From Candidatus Methylacidiphilales bacterium (GTDB taxonomy: Bacteria > Verrucomicrobiota > Verrucomicrobiia > Methylacidiphilales > JBCBYL01): a DNA stretch of 64,000 nt. The stretch lies in assembly GCA_050329585.1 (NCBI GenBank), contig JBHJOR010000010.1, positions 26,132 through 90,131 of the forward strand, read 5' to 3'. Positions 49,070 to 58,620 of the stretch are shown one piece after another. A model generated the notes under the pieces. It was not told the origin of the DNA, did no database searches, and was given only the letters and a program-made list of their open reading frames with translations. Position numbers and translations under genes: made by a program. Position 1 is the first letter of the stretch. The number at the start of each line of letters is the position of its first letter.

Positions 49070-50011
49070 ATGAATCAACTCGAACAACTGAAACAATACA
49101 CCACGGTAGTCGCCGATACGGGCGATTTTGAAAGCATCAAGGAATTCGCTCCACAAGATGCCACGACCAATCCTTCCCTCATACTAAAGGCAGTTCAACA
49201 AGAAGCTTACCGTCCGATTTTGGATCAAGCCATCCGTGACCACGCCCATAAGGATGTGAGCGAAATCATCGATCAGACATTAATTTTATTTGGTTTAAGA
49301 ATACTCGACATCATCCCTGGACGGGTCTCCACGGAAACGGATGCCCGACTTTCTTTTGATACGGCCGGCACGCTCGAGAAAGCGCGTTATTTGATCTCGC
49401 TTTATGAGAAAGCCGGAGTGGATCGTGGCCGTGTGCTCATTAAGATCGCTTCCACTTGGGAAGGAATCAAAGCGGCCGAAATACTAGAAAAAGAGGGAAT
49501 CCGGTGTAATTTAACGTTACTTTTCTCCTTTGCCCAAGCCGTAGCGTGTGCCGAAGCCGGTGTGCAGTTGATTTCCCCTTTTGTGGGTCGAATCTATGAT
49601 TGGTATAAAAAGGAAAACGGACGCGACTACACCGGTGCGGAAGATCCAGGGGTGCTATCGGTTCACCGCATTTTCCACTATTACAAAAAATTTGGTTATA
49701 AAACCGAGGTGATGGGCGCGAGTTTCCGCAACAAAGGTGAGATCTTGGAGCTTGCGGGATGTGATTTGCTTACCATCAGCCCTGCATTATTGCAGGAACT
49801 AAAAAGTTCTAACGACACCGTGCAGCGTAGATTGGATCCATCCGAATCACTCAAATTGGATTTAGTTAAAATGCACCTAGAACAGAAAGATTTTCTCTAC
49901 CAACATAATGAAGATCCCATGGCGGTAGAAAAATTGGCACAAGGTATCCGAGGCTTCTCGATGGATGCTAACAAACTGGAAGAGATTGTTCTAACCGCCT
50001 CCTCCTTCTAG
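49070..50011 (+). CDS. tal: Transaldolase (TalB type)
   Basis: '[10 protein letters not shown]', 'DATTNPSL', 'RVSTE' and '[11 protein letters not shown]' with the Schiff-base Lys. I prefer ATG 49070 over the TTG at 49058. Confidence 0.95.
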   Translation: MNQLEQLKQYTTVVADTGDFESIKEFAPQDATTNPSLILKAVQQEAYRPILDQAIRDHAHKDVSEIIDQTLILFGLRILDIIPGRVSTETDARLSFDTAGTLEKARYLISLYEKAGVDRGRVLIKIASTWEGIKAAEILEKEGIRCNLTLLFSFAQAVACAEAGVQLISPFVGRIYDWYKKENGRDYTGAEDPGVLSVHRIFHYYKKFGYKTEVMGASFRNKGEILELAGCDLLTISPALLQELKSSNDTVQRRLDPSESLKLDLVKMHLEQKDFLYQHNEDPMAVEKLAQGIRGFSMDANKLEEIVLTASSF

Positions 50012-50129
50012 TCATCACTACCACAGGGCCGATTTCCTAAAATAGAATTGATGGTCTTTTTACCTAAAAATCCATAAAAACATTGAGACATTTATGATTT
50101 CTGTGGCATAGTTGGTGCTTGTAAAAGTT

Positions 50130-50363
50130 ATGACCATTAACCCCGAACATTCTGATATTATTACGAAGCGTTCGATACCCGAGCCTGGGCACATTATTGA
50201 GATCCTCGACGAGGAATTCAAAGTCACCGCCCTAACCTGGGTAGACGAAAACTTGGGTTACAGCATGAATGGCTGTTTCCGGGTTCGTGATAAAAAAGGT
50301 CTAATACGATTAGTTACTAAAAGTAGGCGTATCTATAATACCCTGCGGTGGCGGTCACTTTAA
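50130..50363 (+). CDS. Orphan small ORF (77 aa), doubtful
   Basis: ATG-initiated ORF in a gene-poor, lower-GC stretch. I see no motif and no clear RBS. Confidence 0.25.
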   Translation: MTINPEHSDIITKRSIPEPGHIIEILDEEFKVTALTWVDENLGYSMNGCFRVRDKKGLIRLVTKSRRIYNTLRWRSL

Positions 50364-50424
50364 ACCCGTAGCAGCGGCTTCAGATTATTCCAAGCTTAGC
50401 TTGGGACGAGGTCTTCAAATCCGC

Positions 50425-50682
50425 TTAGGGTACAAAAAGCTCTGAGTTCTCAGATATGGGGATAATCCCCTGCTGAAAAGAAGCATGTAGCAGTTGCCCA
50501 TCCCAATACGGGAACCTCCATGCCAAATCCTTGCCTGAAGTGTGAGCCACTATGACACATAACATAACGGCCATCAAACCGATGATCTCAAGACGGGGAT
50601 GGTCTACGGCTTGAAGCCAGTTGGAATCGGAAGTTTTTAGTCTCATAACTAAAAACATGAATAAAATTTTTTCATGAGTCAA
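50425..50682 (-). CDS. Orphan small ORF (85 aa), doubtful
   Basis: One hydrophobic segment 'IIGLMAVMLCVIVA'. No recognisable motif. Confidence 0.2.
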   Translation of the reverse strand: MTHEKILFMFLVMRLKTSDSNWLQAVDHPRLEIIGLMAVMLCVIVAHTSGKDLAWRFPYWDGQLLHASFQQGIIPISENSELFVP

Positions 50683-50776
50683 GGTAATTGTTATTAGAAT
50701 GACTAACCTTTGACATGGAGATTGATTTTCGAAACGGCACGCTTGTCAAACGATCAGAAGCAAGGCAAAAGCAACT

Positions 50777-51835
50777 ATGACTCCATCAGTTGAAAGTTTT
50801 GGCCACATGCCAAACGGGGATCCTATTTGGAGGGCCAGCCTGCAAAACAGTCATGGACTTACGTTGCGGGTGATAAGTTTGGGAGGCATCATTACGGAGC
50901 TTTGGGTTCCTGATCGCAAGGGATCCTCTGCGGATGTTGTGCTGGGCTTGAAGACTGCGGCTGATTACCTTTCAGGTCACCCTTGGTTTGGTGCGATCAC
51001 CGGTCGTGTAGCGGGCCGTATTACATCCGGTCGCTTTGAGTTGGATGAGACGCCTTACCAATTGGAAATCAATAACCCCCCGAACCACCTTCATGGAGGC
51101 TCCCACGCACTGGATAAAAAAAATTGGGCTATGGAACCGTTCCAAACGAACTGTGGCGAGCCTGCCGTTGCACTGACGTATCACAGTCCGGATGGAGACA
51201 GCGGCTATCCAGGCAATCTTGACGTGCGGGTGGTTTACACGTTGACGGATGACAACGCGCTTAAAATTGAATATGAAGCGGTTACGGATCGTGCCACGCC
51301 GTTAAGTCTGACCAATCATTCTTATTTTAATTTGGCAGGTGAGGGAAGCGGAAGCATTGGAGGACACCAGATCGAAATCTTTGCTGATTCCTTTGTTCCC
51401 ACCGATATGGACATGACGCTTACCGATGAAGTGGTGCCCGTAGCGGATAAGGGGAATGATTTGCGCCAAATCCGAACACTGGACGAGGTCATACCAGGGT
51501 TATTTAAAGCCCACGGGGACAATTATGTTTTATCCCGCTGCCGACCCGACCAGCCGATTTTAGCGGCAAGGGTGAGTGATCCCCTATGCGGACGTATGAT
51601 GGAGGTGGAAACAACTGAACAATGCCTTCAATTTTACACTGGTGTTTTATTGCCTGAAGGCAAATGGACGGGCAAATCGGGCAGAATTTATCACTCTCAT
51701 GACGGATTTTGTTTGGAATGCCATGGATATCCAAATGGAGTTAGGCATCCGGAAATTACCGACATCGTGTTACGTCCCGGTCAGACCTACAAGCAGACTA
51801 CTCTTTATCGTTTTAAAACCGATCAGGTCGCTTAA
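50777..51835 (+). CDS. galM: Aldose 1-epimerase (mutarotase)
   Basis: 'GAITGRVAGRI', 'NHLHGG', 'TNHSYFNL' and 'GFCLECHGYPN'. Confidence 0.9.
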   Translation: MTPSVESFGHMPNGDPIWRASLQNSHGLTLRVISLGGIITELWVPDRKGSSADVVLGLKTAADYLSGHPWFGAITGRVAGRITSGRFELDETPYQLEINNPPNHLHGGSHALDKKNWAMEPFQTNCGEPAVALTYHSPDGDSGYPGNLDVRVVYTLTDDNALKIEYEAVTDRATPLSLTNHSYFNLAGEGSGSIGGHQIEIFADSFVPTDMDMTLTDEVVPVADKGNDLRQIRTLDEVIPGLFKAHGDNYVLSRCRPDQPILAARVSDPLCGRMMEVETTEQCLQFYTGVLLPEGKWTGKSGRIYHSHDGFCLECHGYPNGVRHPEITDIVLRPGQTYKQTTLYRFKTDQVA

Positions 51836-51858
51836 AATGTAACGGCTCCGGTCCGGTG

Positions 51859-53070
51859 TTAATACCAGTTCGCTTTGAGATGACCGCCCGAACCACTCTT
51901 ACCTGGAGGCCAGACCGCTAAGAGTTCTGTCTTAGGCATGTGGGCGGACTGAGCCTCTTTAATGCGGATCCAGATGCTGTCTTGTGAACTGCCTAAATCG
52001 GTCGAATCTGACAGCGCCAGCTCTTGGTTGCGTATATTGTAGCCAATAATAAGCAGAGCGTGTCCCGCCATGTTTCCGCCCGCTAACAAATCAGGGCCAT
52101 CTGGCAACGCGTCGCGCCTGCTGCGATTGCGCTGCACCCAGGAGGGAAGTTGCACGGCGTTCATGTGCCAGATAAGGGGGAGACCCTGGTCGATGTATTT
52201 TTTGACCGCTTGAATTTCGCCGGGCTGAAACCGCAGGTATTCCACCCTGTATTGATGCGGCTTTAACATCCCCGAAACGCGGTTAGTAAATTGGGTGTAG
52301 TAGCTGCCTGAAACACTGGTATCGCCCTCATTGGCCAGATCGTAGACGTTAAAAGCCAAGCCGTAATGGCGCAGGACTTTTTCCCACGTGGCCGGAACGC
52401 AATAATTCCGACTTCCCTGCGAAATTTTTGGGATTTGGCTTATCAGCACGTCGCCTTGGCTGTTTTGAACCACATACGAATTGAGTTTTTTGGCGGCACG
52501 TCGGGGATCTTCAATGATTGACGACCCGGGGGAGGGGTTGGGGCTATACGAACCGGGCTGGATTTCAAGTAGCACAGCTTTCTCCGTATTTTTCAAAGTC
52601 AGGGTGTGACCGAGCCAGCTCCAATGAAGAACCTCTTTCTCGCCTGACGGGCGGCCTATCCGTTTAGTAAGAGCGTTTTTAACATTGAGAAAACTTTGTT
52701 CCTTGATTTCTGGTAGTTGAATCAGCGCGCCGGGGGAAACACGGGCCAAATCAGCTTCGTTGGCGAAGGCCAAAACGATCCGCCTCACCTTGCCGTCGAG
52801 AGGATATAAATCGATGGCAAAAAGATGATCATTCAACACCCGCTCTCCTGCAAAAGACCCGCGAAAGGTTTCATTCCCTTGGCGTGACTGAGTGCCTCGC
52901 AGATTCAATCTGCGCGCCGTGATTCCCGCGTCATCGTCCCATAAATTATTGTCCGACCAAATAGGTATACCGAAGGCTTCATTGAGCCCTTGAGCAAAAA
53001 CATGTTCAGAATCCGAGAATAAGATCAGTAGCAAACACGTCTTTATCCAGTTCAAAACAGAGACTTTCAT
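51859..53070 (-). CDS. Secreted protein with a C-terminal papain-fold (C39-like) cysteine peptidase domain
   Basis: Signal peptide from ATG 53070, 'MKVSVLNWIKTCLLLILF'. Candidate nucleophile 'SRNYCVPATWEKVLRHYG' and candidate His 'AGHALLIIGYN'. Confidence 0.55.
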   Translation of the reverse strand: MKVSVLNWIKTCLLLILFSDSEHVFAQGLNEAFGIPIWSDNNLWDDDAGITARRLNLRGTQSRQGNETFRGSFAGERVLNDHLFAIDLYPLDGKVRRIVLAFANEADLARVSPGALIQLPEIKEQSFLNVKNALTKRIGRPSGEKEVLHWSWLGHTLTLKNTEKAVLLEIQPGSYSPNPSPGSSIIEDPRRAAKKLNSYVVQNSQGDVLISQIPKISQGSRNYCVPATWEKVLRHYGLAFNVYDLANEGDTSVSGSYYTQFTNRVSGMLKPHQYRVEYLRFQPGEIQAVKKYIDQGLPLIWHMNAVQLPSWVQRNRSRRDALPDGPDLLAGGNMAGHALLIIGYNIRNQELALSDSTDLGSSQDSIWIRIKEAQSAHMPKTELLAVWPPGKSGSGGHLKANWY

Positions 53071-53183
53071 CGTATTGACTTTGAGTTGGAAAGACACAGG
53101 CAAATCCTAGCCCCCATCGCGCTGAGTGTCAGCTTGCTTTTTCGTATTTAATGATGGAACATGCCCGAGCGTAAAATGGTTGC

Positions 53184-53213
53184 TTGACGAATCGGCTTAA
53201 TTTTACTAGTAAT
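53184..53213 (+). promoter_or_regulatory. Candidate sigma70-like promoter of the tad operon
   Basis: -35 TTGACG (53184-89), a 17-nt spacer and -10 TAGTAA(T) (53207-13), about 27 nt upstream of the cpaB GTG. Confidence 0.3.
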
Positions 53214-53239
53214 TGCGTAAATATTAATCCGCTCTATTT

Positions 53240-54106
53240 GTGAACAAATCCTTTAACTTTCTGGTCTTAGCCGCGCTTGTCTTGGGCGTGGTTTGTGTGG
53301 TGCTGATCACCAAGTATGTGGACGCACGAGTTAAACAAGCCAGAGACTCGGCTCCCATACGTGATGTGGTTCCGGTCGATGTGCTGGTGGCGCAAAATGA
53401 CATCACGATTGGTAGTAAGTTTAACACGTTTAACACTGTTACCCGCACCATTCCGCAGGAATTTCTGCCTGCCTCTGCGGTTAAGTCCCTGGCTGACCTT
53501 GAGGGAAAAGTGGCGTTGTTCACCATCCCTAAAGATGACATGATATTAACGAGCAAGGTAGGTGGAGTCTCCGATCTTCCCAAAGCTTCAACCATTATCG
53601 AAGAGGGCATGAGGCTGGTGACGATAGGAGTCGATGATCAAACGGCGGCTGGATATACCATTAAAAATGGCGATTCAGTAGATCTGGTAGGCGTCTTCAA
53701 TATCACTCCGGATATGCTAGAAACAGAGGATCCACCCATCGGTAATTCGCTAAGCGTTACCTTCCTGCAACGAGTAAAAGTTTTTGACATTATTCATGGT
53801 GAAGACGTCACCGGGGGCGATGATACTGAAAGGCGGAAGGACGATACGGGAGCGAGGAGGCTAGCTCGTGGAACCACGGTAACCTTTTTGGTTTCCCCCA
53901 AAGAGGCGGAGATTATTCTGGCGGCCAATACCTCCGCCAACAATGTGTACATGATTCTGCGTCGTTATGATGATCAGAAACTCAATGACCATCCAAGTCA
54001 ATTACATGAACGGATTGCCAAAAGATTGACCGGTGATCTGGATCAAAACGTAGTGGTCGCTCCTGTGGTGGTTCCCAAGGAAACCAAACGCAAAACGGTC
54101 TTTTAA
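53240..54106 (+). CDS. cpaB: Flp pilus assembly protein CpaB/RcpC (SAF domain)
   Basis: N-terminal anchor 'FLVLAALVLGVVCVVLI' and SAF-like 'VDVLVAQNDITIGSKF'. It is first in the Tad gene order. Confidence 0.8.
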   Translation: MNKSFNFLVLAALVLGVVCVVLITKYVDARVKQARDSAPIRDVVPVDVLVAQNDITIGSKFNTFNTVTRTIPQEFLPASAVKSLADLEGKVALFTIPKDDMILTSKVGGVSDLPKASTIIEEGMRLVTIGVDDQTAAGYTIKNGDSVDLVGVFNITPDMLETEDPPIGNSLSVTFLQRVKVFDIIHGEDVTGGDDTERRKDDTGARRLARGTTVTFLVSPKEAEIILAANTSANNVYMILRRYDDQKLNDHPSQLHERIAKRLTGDLDQNVVVAPVVVPKETKRKTVF

Positions 54107-54126
54107 TAGGCATCTCGGATACCTCT

Positions 54127-55992
54127 ATGAAAAACATTACAGTGATCTTACTGGCCATCCTGATGGCTTCAATGCCACCTGCTGGATTGGCACAAATTAA
54201 TTCAACCCGAGCTGCCCAATCCTCCGTTAGAGAACTGGAGGGCTTTGTGGAAGATAACTTGGTGATTCCTGTGGAAAATTTTGAGAATGCCATCATTCGG
54301 ATCAGCAACAAACAAGTGGTCATTGATGGATTCTGGGAGTTTAAAGATGAGGCCGGTCAGGTTTTGCAAGTTCCTTTAATCTTGTCACAGCCATCGGATC
54401 TTACCGATAAACTCCTGCTTGCCCTGCGTCGTCCCGGTTCAGCCGTGGTATCTGTGACAGAAAATGGAAAAGAGACCCTTTACAACATCAATGTCCAGTC
54501 CCGGTTCGAGGAAAACAATATCGAGAAAGAACTCGAGTCGGCCATTAAAAAATTTGTGAACGATCCCGGCCTTATCGTCAAAGTGCTCCCGCCTCAAGCT
54601 GCCTTGGTGGGTGCCAACATCAACCGCGCCTTCGGTGAACAAACCGCTTCAGAAATTCTGGCGCCAAGAGGGGAAGCGGCTGGCACGGCCACAGGAGAAA
54701 TTACCGGAGCCAGTGATTTTCGTCCTACCATTATTTTGGAAGGGGAAGTGAAAAATGACTTGGTGGCGGCTAAAGCCGAGAGCATTGCCCGTGCTTATAC
54801 CAACAACGTAGTCAACCTGATGAGCATTACCAACCCGATGCAAATACGCATCAACATCAAAGTCATCCAAGCCACTCTGACCAAAAACTCTAACATCGGT
54901 GTTCAGCACCGTGGAGCGGCCAACGATGTCGATGGTCGCGCCATCAATGACGGCATCGGCATGATTTTCACCAGCACAGCACCTTTTTTTGAAACCGGCA
55001 ATGCGAACACGCTGCCTATTTTTGGAGATATGGCTGCCGGTAGTGGTGCTTACCGCACCCAAGTTAACTTGCGTCAGAGTGATGTAGATTTTGAGGTGCT
55101 GCAGGAACCTACACTTACTGTATTGAACGGTCAGCCCGCGGAATTTTTGGTTGGCCAGACTCTTTTTGTTCCCACTGGATTTACCATTGAATCGGGCGTT
55201 GTCAGGCAAACGTTCTCCGAACGCAATATCGGTGTTTCATTGCGCATCACTCCCATCATAGAAGAAGAGGAAGTTTTCCGGCCGGATGCTGAGACGGGTG
55301 GCATACCGGTATCATCTATCAGTGCACAACGTGGAAACCGTGAACGAGGTCAGGAAGGCAACAATATTGATATCCTTAATTCGATTGATGAGAATGGTAT
55401 TGTGCGCCTTTTTGTTCAGCCCGAAATCAGTTCTTTGCAGGGCTTTGACCCGAACGGCTTCGCGCAAATCAATACCAGCCGCATTGAAACAAGGGTGGCT
55501 ATCAGACATGGTGATTCGTTGGTAATTGGAGGGCTCTTCAATGACCAAATGCGCAACAACATGGAAAAAACACCCTTTCTGAGTAGTATTCCAATTTTGG
55601 GAGAAATTTTCAAGAACCGAAATAAGAGCGGCACTAAAAACGAGCTTATCTTTGTGCTTACGCCTACCGTTCTCGGTATTGATGACGCTAATCAAAAGGG
55701 AAATATCAAAGGCCGAATGAAAGAAGTCAATAAACTACTTCTCTCCGAGCAGCTTCAATCCAAACCGACCCGTATCAGTGCCAATGATGTGATGGTAAGG
55801 CCCACAACCGATGTGGCCTTTATTTCGACATCTCCTGAGCCGATGATTTTGGATCAGAGCATGATTGAACAGATCCGTGAGCAAACCCAAGCCGAAGGAA
55901 TGCAAACGGTGGCTCCCGCAGACGCCCAGCCTGAAGCCATGCCGGTTTTTCAGGACAGTGGCATCGAATTGACTCCACGTGCCGTGGAATAG
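54127..55992 (+). CDS. cpaC: Tad secretin CpaC/RcpA
   Basis: Signal peptide. Secretin core 'VLQEPTLTVLNGQPAEFLVGQ' and 'VIGGLFNDQMRNNMEKTPFLSSIPILGEIFK...ELIFVLTPTV'. Confidence 0.85.
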   Translation: MKNITVILLAILMASMPPAGLAQINSTRAAQSSVRELEGFVEDNLVIPVENFENAIIRISNKQVVIDGFWEFKDEAGQVLQVPLILSQPSDLTDKLLLALRRPGSAVVSVTENGKETLYNINVQSRFEENNIEKELESAIKKFVNDPGLIVKVLPPQAALVGANINRAFGEQTASEILAPRGEAAGTATGEITGASDFRPTIILEGEVKNDLVAAKAESIARAYTNNVVNLMSITNPMQIRINIKVIQATLTKNSNIGVQHRGAANDVDGRAINDGIGMIFTSTAPFFETGNANTLPIFGDMAAGSGAYRTQVNLRQSDVDFEVLQEPTLTVLNGQPAEFLVGQTLFVPTGFTIESGVVRQTFSERNIGVSLRITPIIEEEEVFRPDAETGGIPVSSISAQRGNRERGQEGNNIDILNSIDENGIVRLFVQPEISSLQGFDPNGFAQINTSRIETRVAIRHGDSLVIGGLFNDQMRNNMEKTPFLSSIPILGEIFKNRNKSGTKNELIFVLTPTVLGIDDANQKGNIKGRMKEVNKLLLSEQLQSKPTRISANDVMVRPTTDVAFISTSPEPMILDQSMIEQIREQTQAEGMQTVAPADAQPEAMPVFQDSGIELTPRAVE

Positions 55993-57123
55993 GTGACACT
56001 TCCTATGCCCAGTGCACTCATTGTTCACGAGAATCCGTCTGTCGGTCAACAGATTGCATCCGCCCTCCAGGCAGGTGGCTATCAGGTTCTGGCTATTCTC
56101 AATAACGGTAAACAAGCTCAGTCCCATCTTGGCAAAATCGAGATTGCCCTGATATCCATCCACGTTCCTGATGTCGATGGGTTCTCACTCATTCACGCCT
56201 TTAAGAAAACGGGTGCCACTCTGGTTCCTATTCTTCAGGGGAACGAAGGAGGGGATGTCTGGCAGAAAATTCTTTCTAACGACCTGAGGGATGTTCTGAT
56301 GAGCAATCAAGTTCAGGATCCCAACGCTGTCCTTGGTGTCCTGCATTCTGCTGAATCCCACACCGCTTCGGCTGGCAACTCTGCCAGCCAGGGCGGATAC
56401 CTAACCGCTGTTGCTTCAGCTCGTGGCGGAGTAGGAAAAAGCATTTTTGCAGTCAATCTCGCCATCGCCATGGCACAATATGACGCCTCGGTGGTTTTGA
56501 TTGACTACAGCATGTTCGCGGGTGACTTCTATTCGATGCTGGATCACGTTCCGCGAAACACTGTCATTGACGCCATCGGGCAGGGTGAAATGGATGAAGG
56601 CTTTCTTTCCAGTCTTCTCAGTAAGCACCCGATAGGGTTCTCCTACCTGGCCTGCCCCAACGACGAATTTGATTTTTACGGATTTGATTACGACAGTGCT
56701 CGAGCCCTGTTGAAAATATGTCGTCGGATGTTCGATTATGTGGTGATCGATACCGGGGTATATGATCTGCCGCCAACAAATGCTGCGGTGGATGAGTCCG
56801 ACTTGGTTTATTTGATGACCAACCGTGATTTGGCCCGTTTCATGAGCCTCCAACGGTTGATTAAAAACTATCGTCAAAGAGGATTTCCTGACGAGAAAAT
56901 TAAAGTGATCGTCAACAATGCTGAGGTAGGCACCGAAATCACCGAAAATGAAATCGAAGAGGTTATTGAACATCCCGTAACAGCCTATCTCCCTAGTATT
57001 GGAATAGAGTCCACGATGAGTATCAATAGTGGTAAACCACTTATGGTTTCCAAGCAGGATCAGCCCATGGTCAACGTTATTAAGAAGTTGGCAGAATTCA
57101 CCGTACAGCGGTGGGAAGTCTGA
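55993..57123 (+). CDS. cpaE: CpaE/TadZ: atypical receiver domain plus ParA/MinD-like ATPase
   Basis: Deviant Walker A 'ARGGVGKSIFAVNLA'. The N-terminal CheY-like fold lacks the acidic pocket, reading 'VHEN' and 'ISIHVPDVDG'. Confidence 0.85.
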   Translation: MTLPMPSALIVHENPSVGQQIASALQAGGYQVLAILNNGKQAQSHLGKIEIALISIHVPDVDGFSLIHAFKKTGATLVPILQGNEGGDVWQKILSNDLRDVLMSNQVQDPNAVLGVLHSAESHTASAGNSASQGGYLTAVASARGGVGKSIFAVNLAIAMAQYDASVVLIDYSMFAGDFYSMLDHVPRNTVIDAIGQGEMDEGFLSSLLSKHPIGFSYLACPNDEFDFYGFDYDSARALLKICRRMFDYVVIDTGVYDLPPTNAAVDESDLVYLMTNRDLARFMSLQRLIKNYRQRGFPDEKIKVIVNNAEVGTEITENEIEEVIEHPVTAYLPSIGIESTMSINSGKPLMVSKQDQPMVNVIKKLAEFTVQRWEV

Positions 57124-57170
57124 GGAGATATCCGTTGATACGGAGTGAAGCTCCGTGCTAAATTAAAGTT

Positions 57171-58613
57171 ATGAGACCGATTCCTCCAGGTTACGGGCAA
57201 GGTTCCGCCAAGCCCATGATGAAACGTCCGGCAGGCTTTGCTCGGCCCCCCATGCCGGCACGTCCTGGTGGATCCGCTGCAGCCCCATCAGTGGCTAAAC
57301 CGACAGCCGCTTCTGCGCCACCTGCACAGAATTCAGCTAATGATTTTCTACTGCAGTTCAAACGTAGTCTTTTGCCGTATCTGATCCAGCGCATTGACCC
57401 CCGCCTGCTAAATCCAGGTCAGGAAGATGCCTTACGCGGTACCATCGAGCAACTCATCGATGAAAAACTTGCGGTGGATAAAATTCCCATCGGTAAACAG
57501 CTCAGGGACAAGCTGATCTTCGATGTAGTCAATGAGATGATTGGTTTCGGTCCCTTGGAGGAGCTTCTTAACGAAGTCACTGTAAGTGAAATCATGGTCA
57601 ACGGTCACCACACGATCTTTGTCGAGCAAAAAGGTCGGATCACATTGTCACCGGTCAAGTTTGTGGATGAATCCAGTTGCCGTAGAGTCATCGATAAAAT
57701 CCTTTCCCCTCTAGGTCGCCGCGTTGACGAATCCAGCCCTATTTGTGACGCTCGCTTACCAGATGGCTCGCGTGTCAACGTGGTGGTTCCTCCCTGTGCA
57801 CTCAATGGTCCCACCATTACCATCCGCAAGTTCAGTAAAGACAAGCTGACCATGGAGAAGCTTCAGGATTTCAAGGCACTCAGCAAAGGCATGGCCATCT
57901 TTCTCCAAGCCTGCGTTCGTGGAGCATTGAACATCGTGGTTTCGGGCGGAACGGGCTCGGGGAAAACCACCCTCCTCAATGCGCTCTCCAGCTACATTCC
58001 GGAAAATGAACGGATCATCACCTTCGAGGATGCTGCTGAATTGTCGCTACAGCAGTCGCACGTGGTGCGCCTGGAATCTAAACCGGCTAACATTGAGGGT
58101 AAAGGAGAAGTCAGCATACGTGATTTGGTTCGTAGTTCTCTTCGGATGCGTCCCGACCGGGTGGTAATTGGAGAGTGTCGCGGTGGAGAAGCCTTGGACA
58201 TGATACAGGCTATGAATACCGGACATGACGGCTCACTGACCACAACGCACGCCAACACGCCCCGTGACGCTCTGGCCCGTATTGCCACCCTCGTCCTGAT
58301 GGCTGGTGTAGATCTTCCTGAAAAAGCCATCCGTGAACAAATCTCCAGTGCCGTTCATATGTTTGTCCAAACCTCACGTCTTCAGGACGGCTCCCGACGT
58401 ATCACCCACATCACGGAAGTGCAGGGAATGGAAGGGCAGACAATCACACTACAAGATTTGTTTGTCTTCGAGCAAACGGGACTGACTTCCGAAGGAAAAG
58501 TGCAAGGTGTTCTCCGGGGCAACGGTATTATACCCAAATGCCTCGATAAACTCAGAGCCCACGGGGAGAATGTTCCAATAGAAATTTTCCAAACCCGAAT
58601 GGAAGTCCCCTGA
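57171..58613 (+). CDS. cpaF: CpaF/TadA secretion ATPase
   Basis: Walker A 'GGTGSGKTT', 'RIITFEDAAEL', 'RPDRVVIGECRGGEA' and 'TGHDGSLTTTHAN'. There is a P/A-rich N-terminal extension. Confidence 0.95.
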   Translation: MRPIPPGYGQGSAKPMMKRPAGFARPPMPARPGGSAAAPSVAKPTAASAPPAQNSANDFLLQFKRSLLPYLIQRIDPRLLNPGQEDALRGTIEQLIDEKLAVDKIPIGKQLRDKLIFDVVNEMIGFGPLEELLNEVTVSEIMVNGHHTIFVEQKGRITLSPVKFVDESSCRRVIDKILSPLGRRVDESSPICDARLPDGSRVNVVVPPCALNGPTITIRKFSKDKLTMEKLQDFKALSKGMAIFLQACVRGALNIVVSGGTGSGKTTLLNALSSYIPENERIITFEDAAELSLQQSHVVRLESKPANIEGKGEVSIRDLVRSSLRMRPDRVVIGECRGGEALDMIQAMNTGHDGSLTTTHANTPRDALARIATLVLMAGVDLPEKAIREQISSAVHMFVQTSRLQDGSRRITHITEVQGMEGQTITLQDLFVFEQTGLTSEGKVQGVLRGNGIIPKCLDKLRAHGENVPIEIFQTRMEVP

Positions 58614-58620
58614 TTAAGCT

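Noticed and set aside
50709-50750. 7-bp inverted repeat TTTGACA...TGTCAAA (28-nt spacer), including a perfect TTGACA, upstream of galM
   Set aside because: No acceptable -10 element lies at 16-18 nt. The arms are short, and the right arm is only half-similar to LacI/GalR operators. This is too weak to call.
54649-56973. Minus-strand ORFs of 186, 127, 142 and 185 aa within cpaC and cpaE
   Set aside because: They are antisense to well-supported Tad genes and have no motifs.
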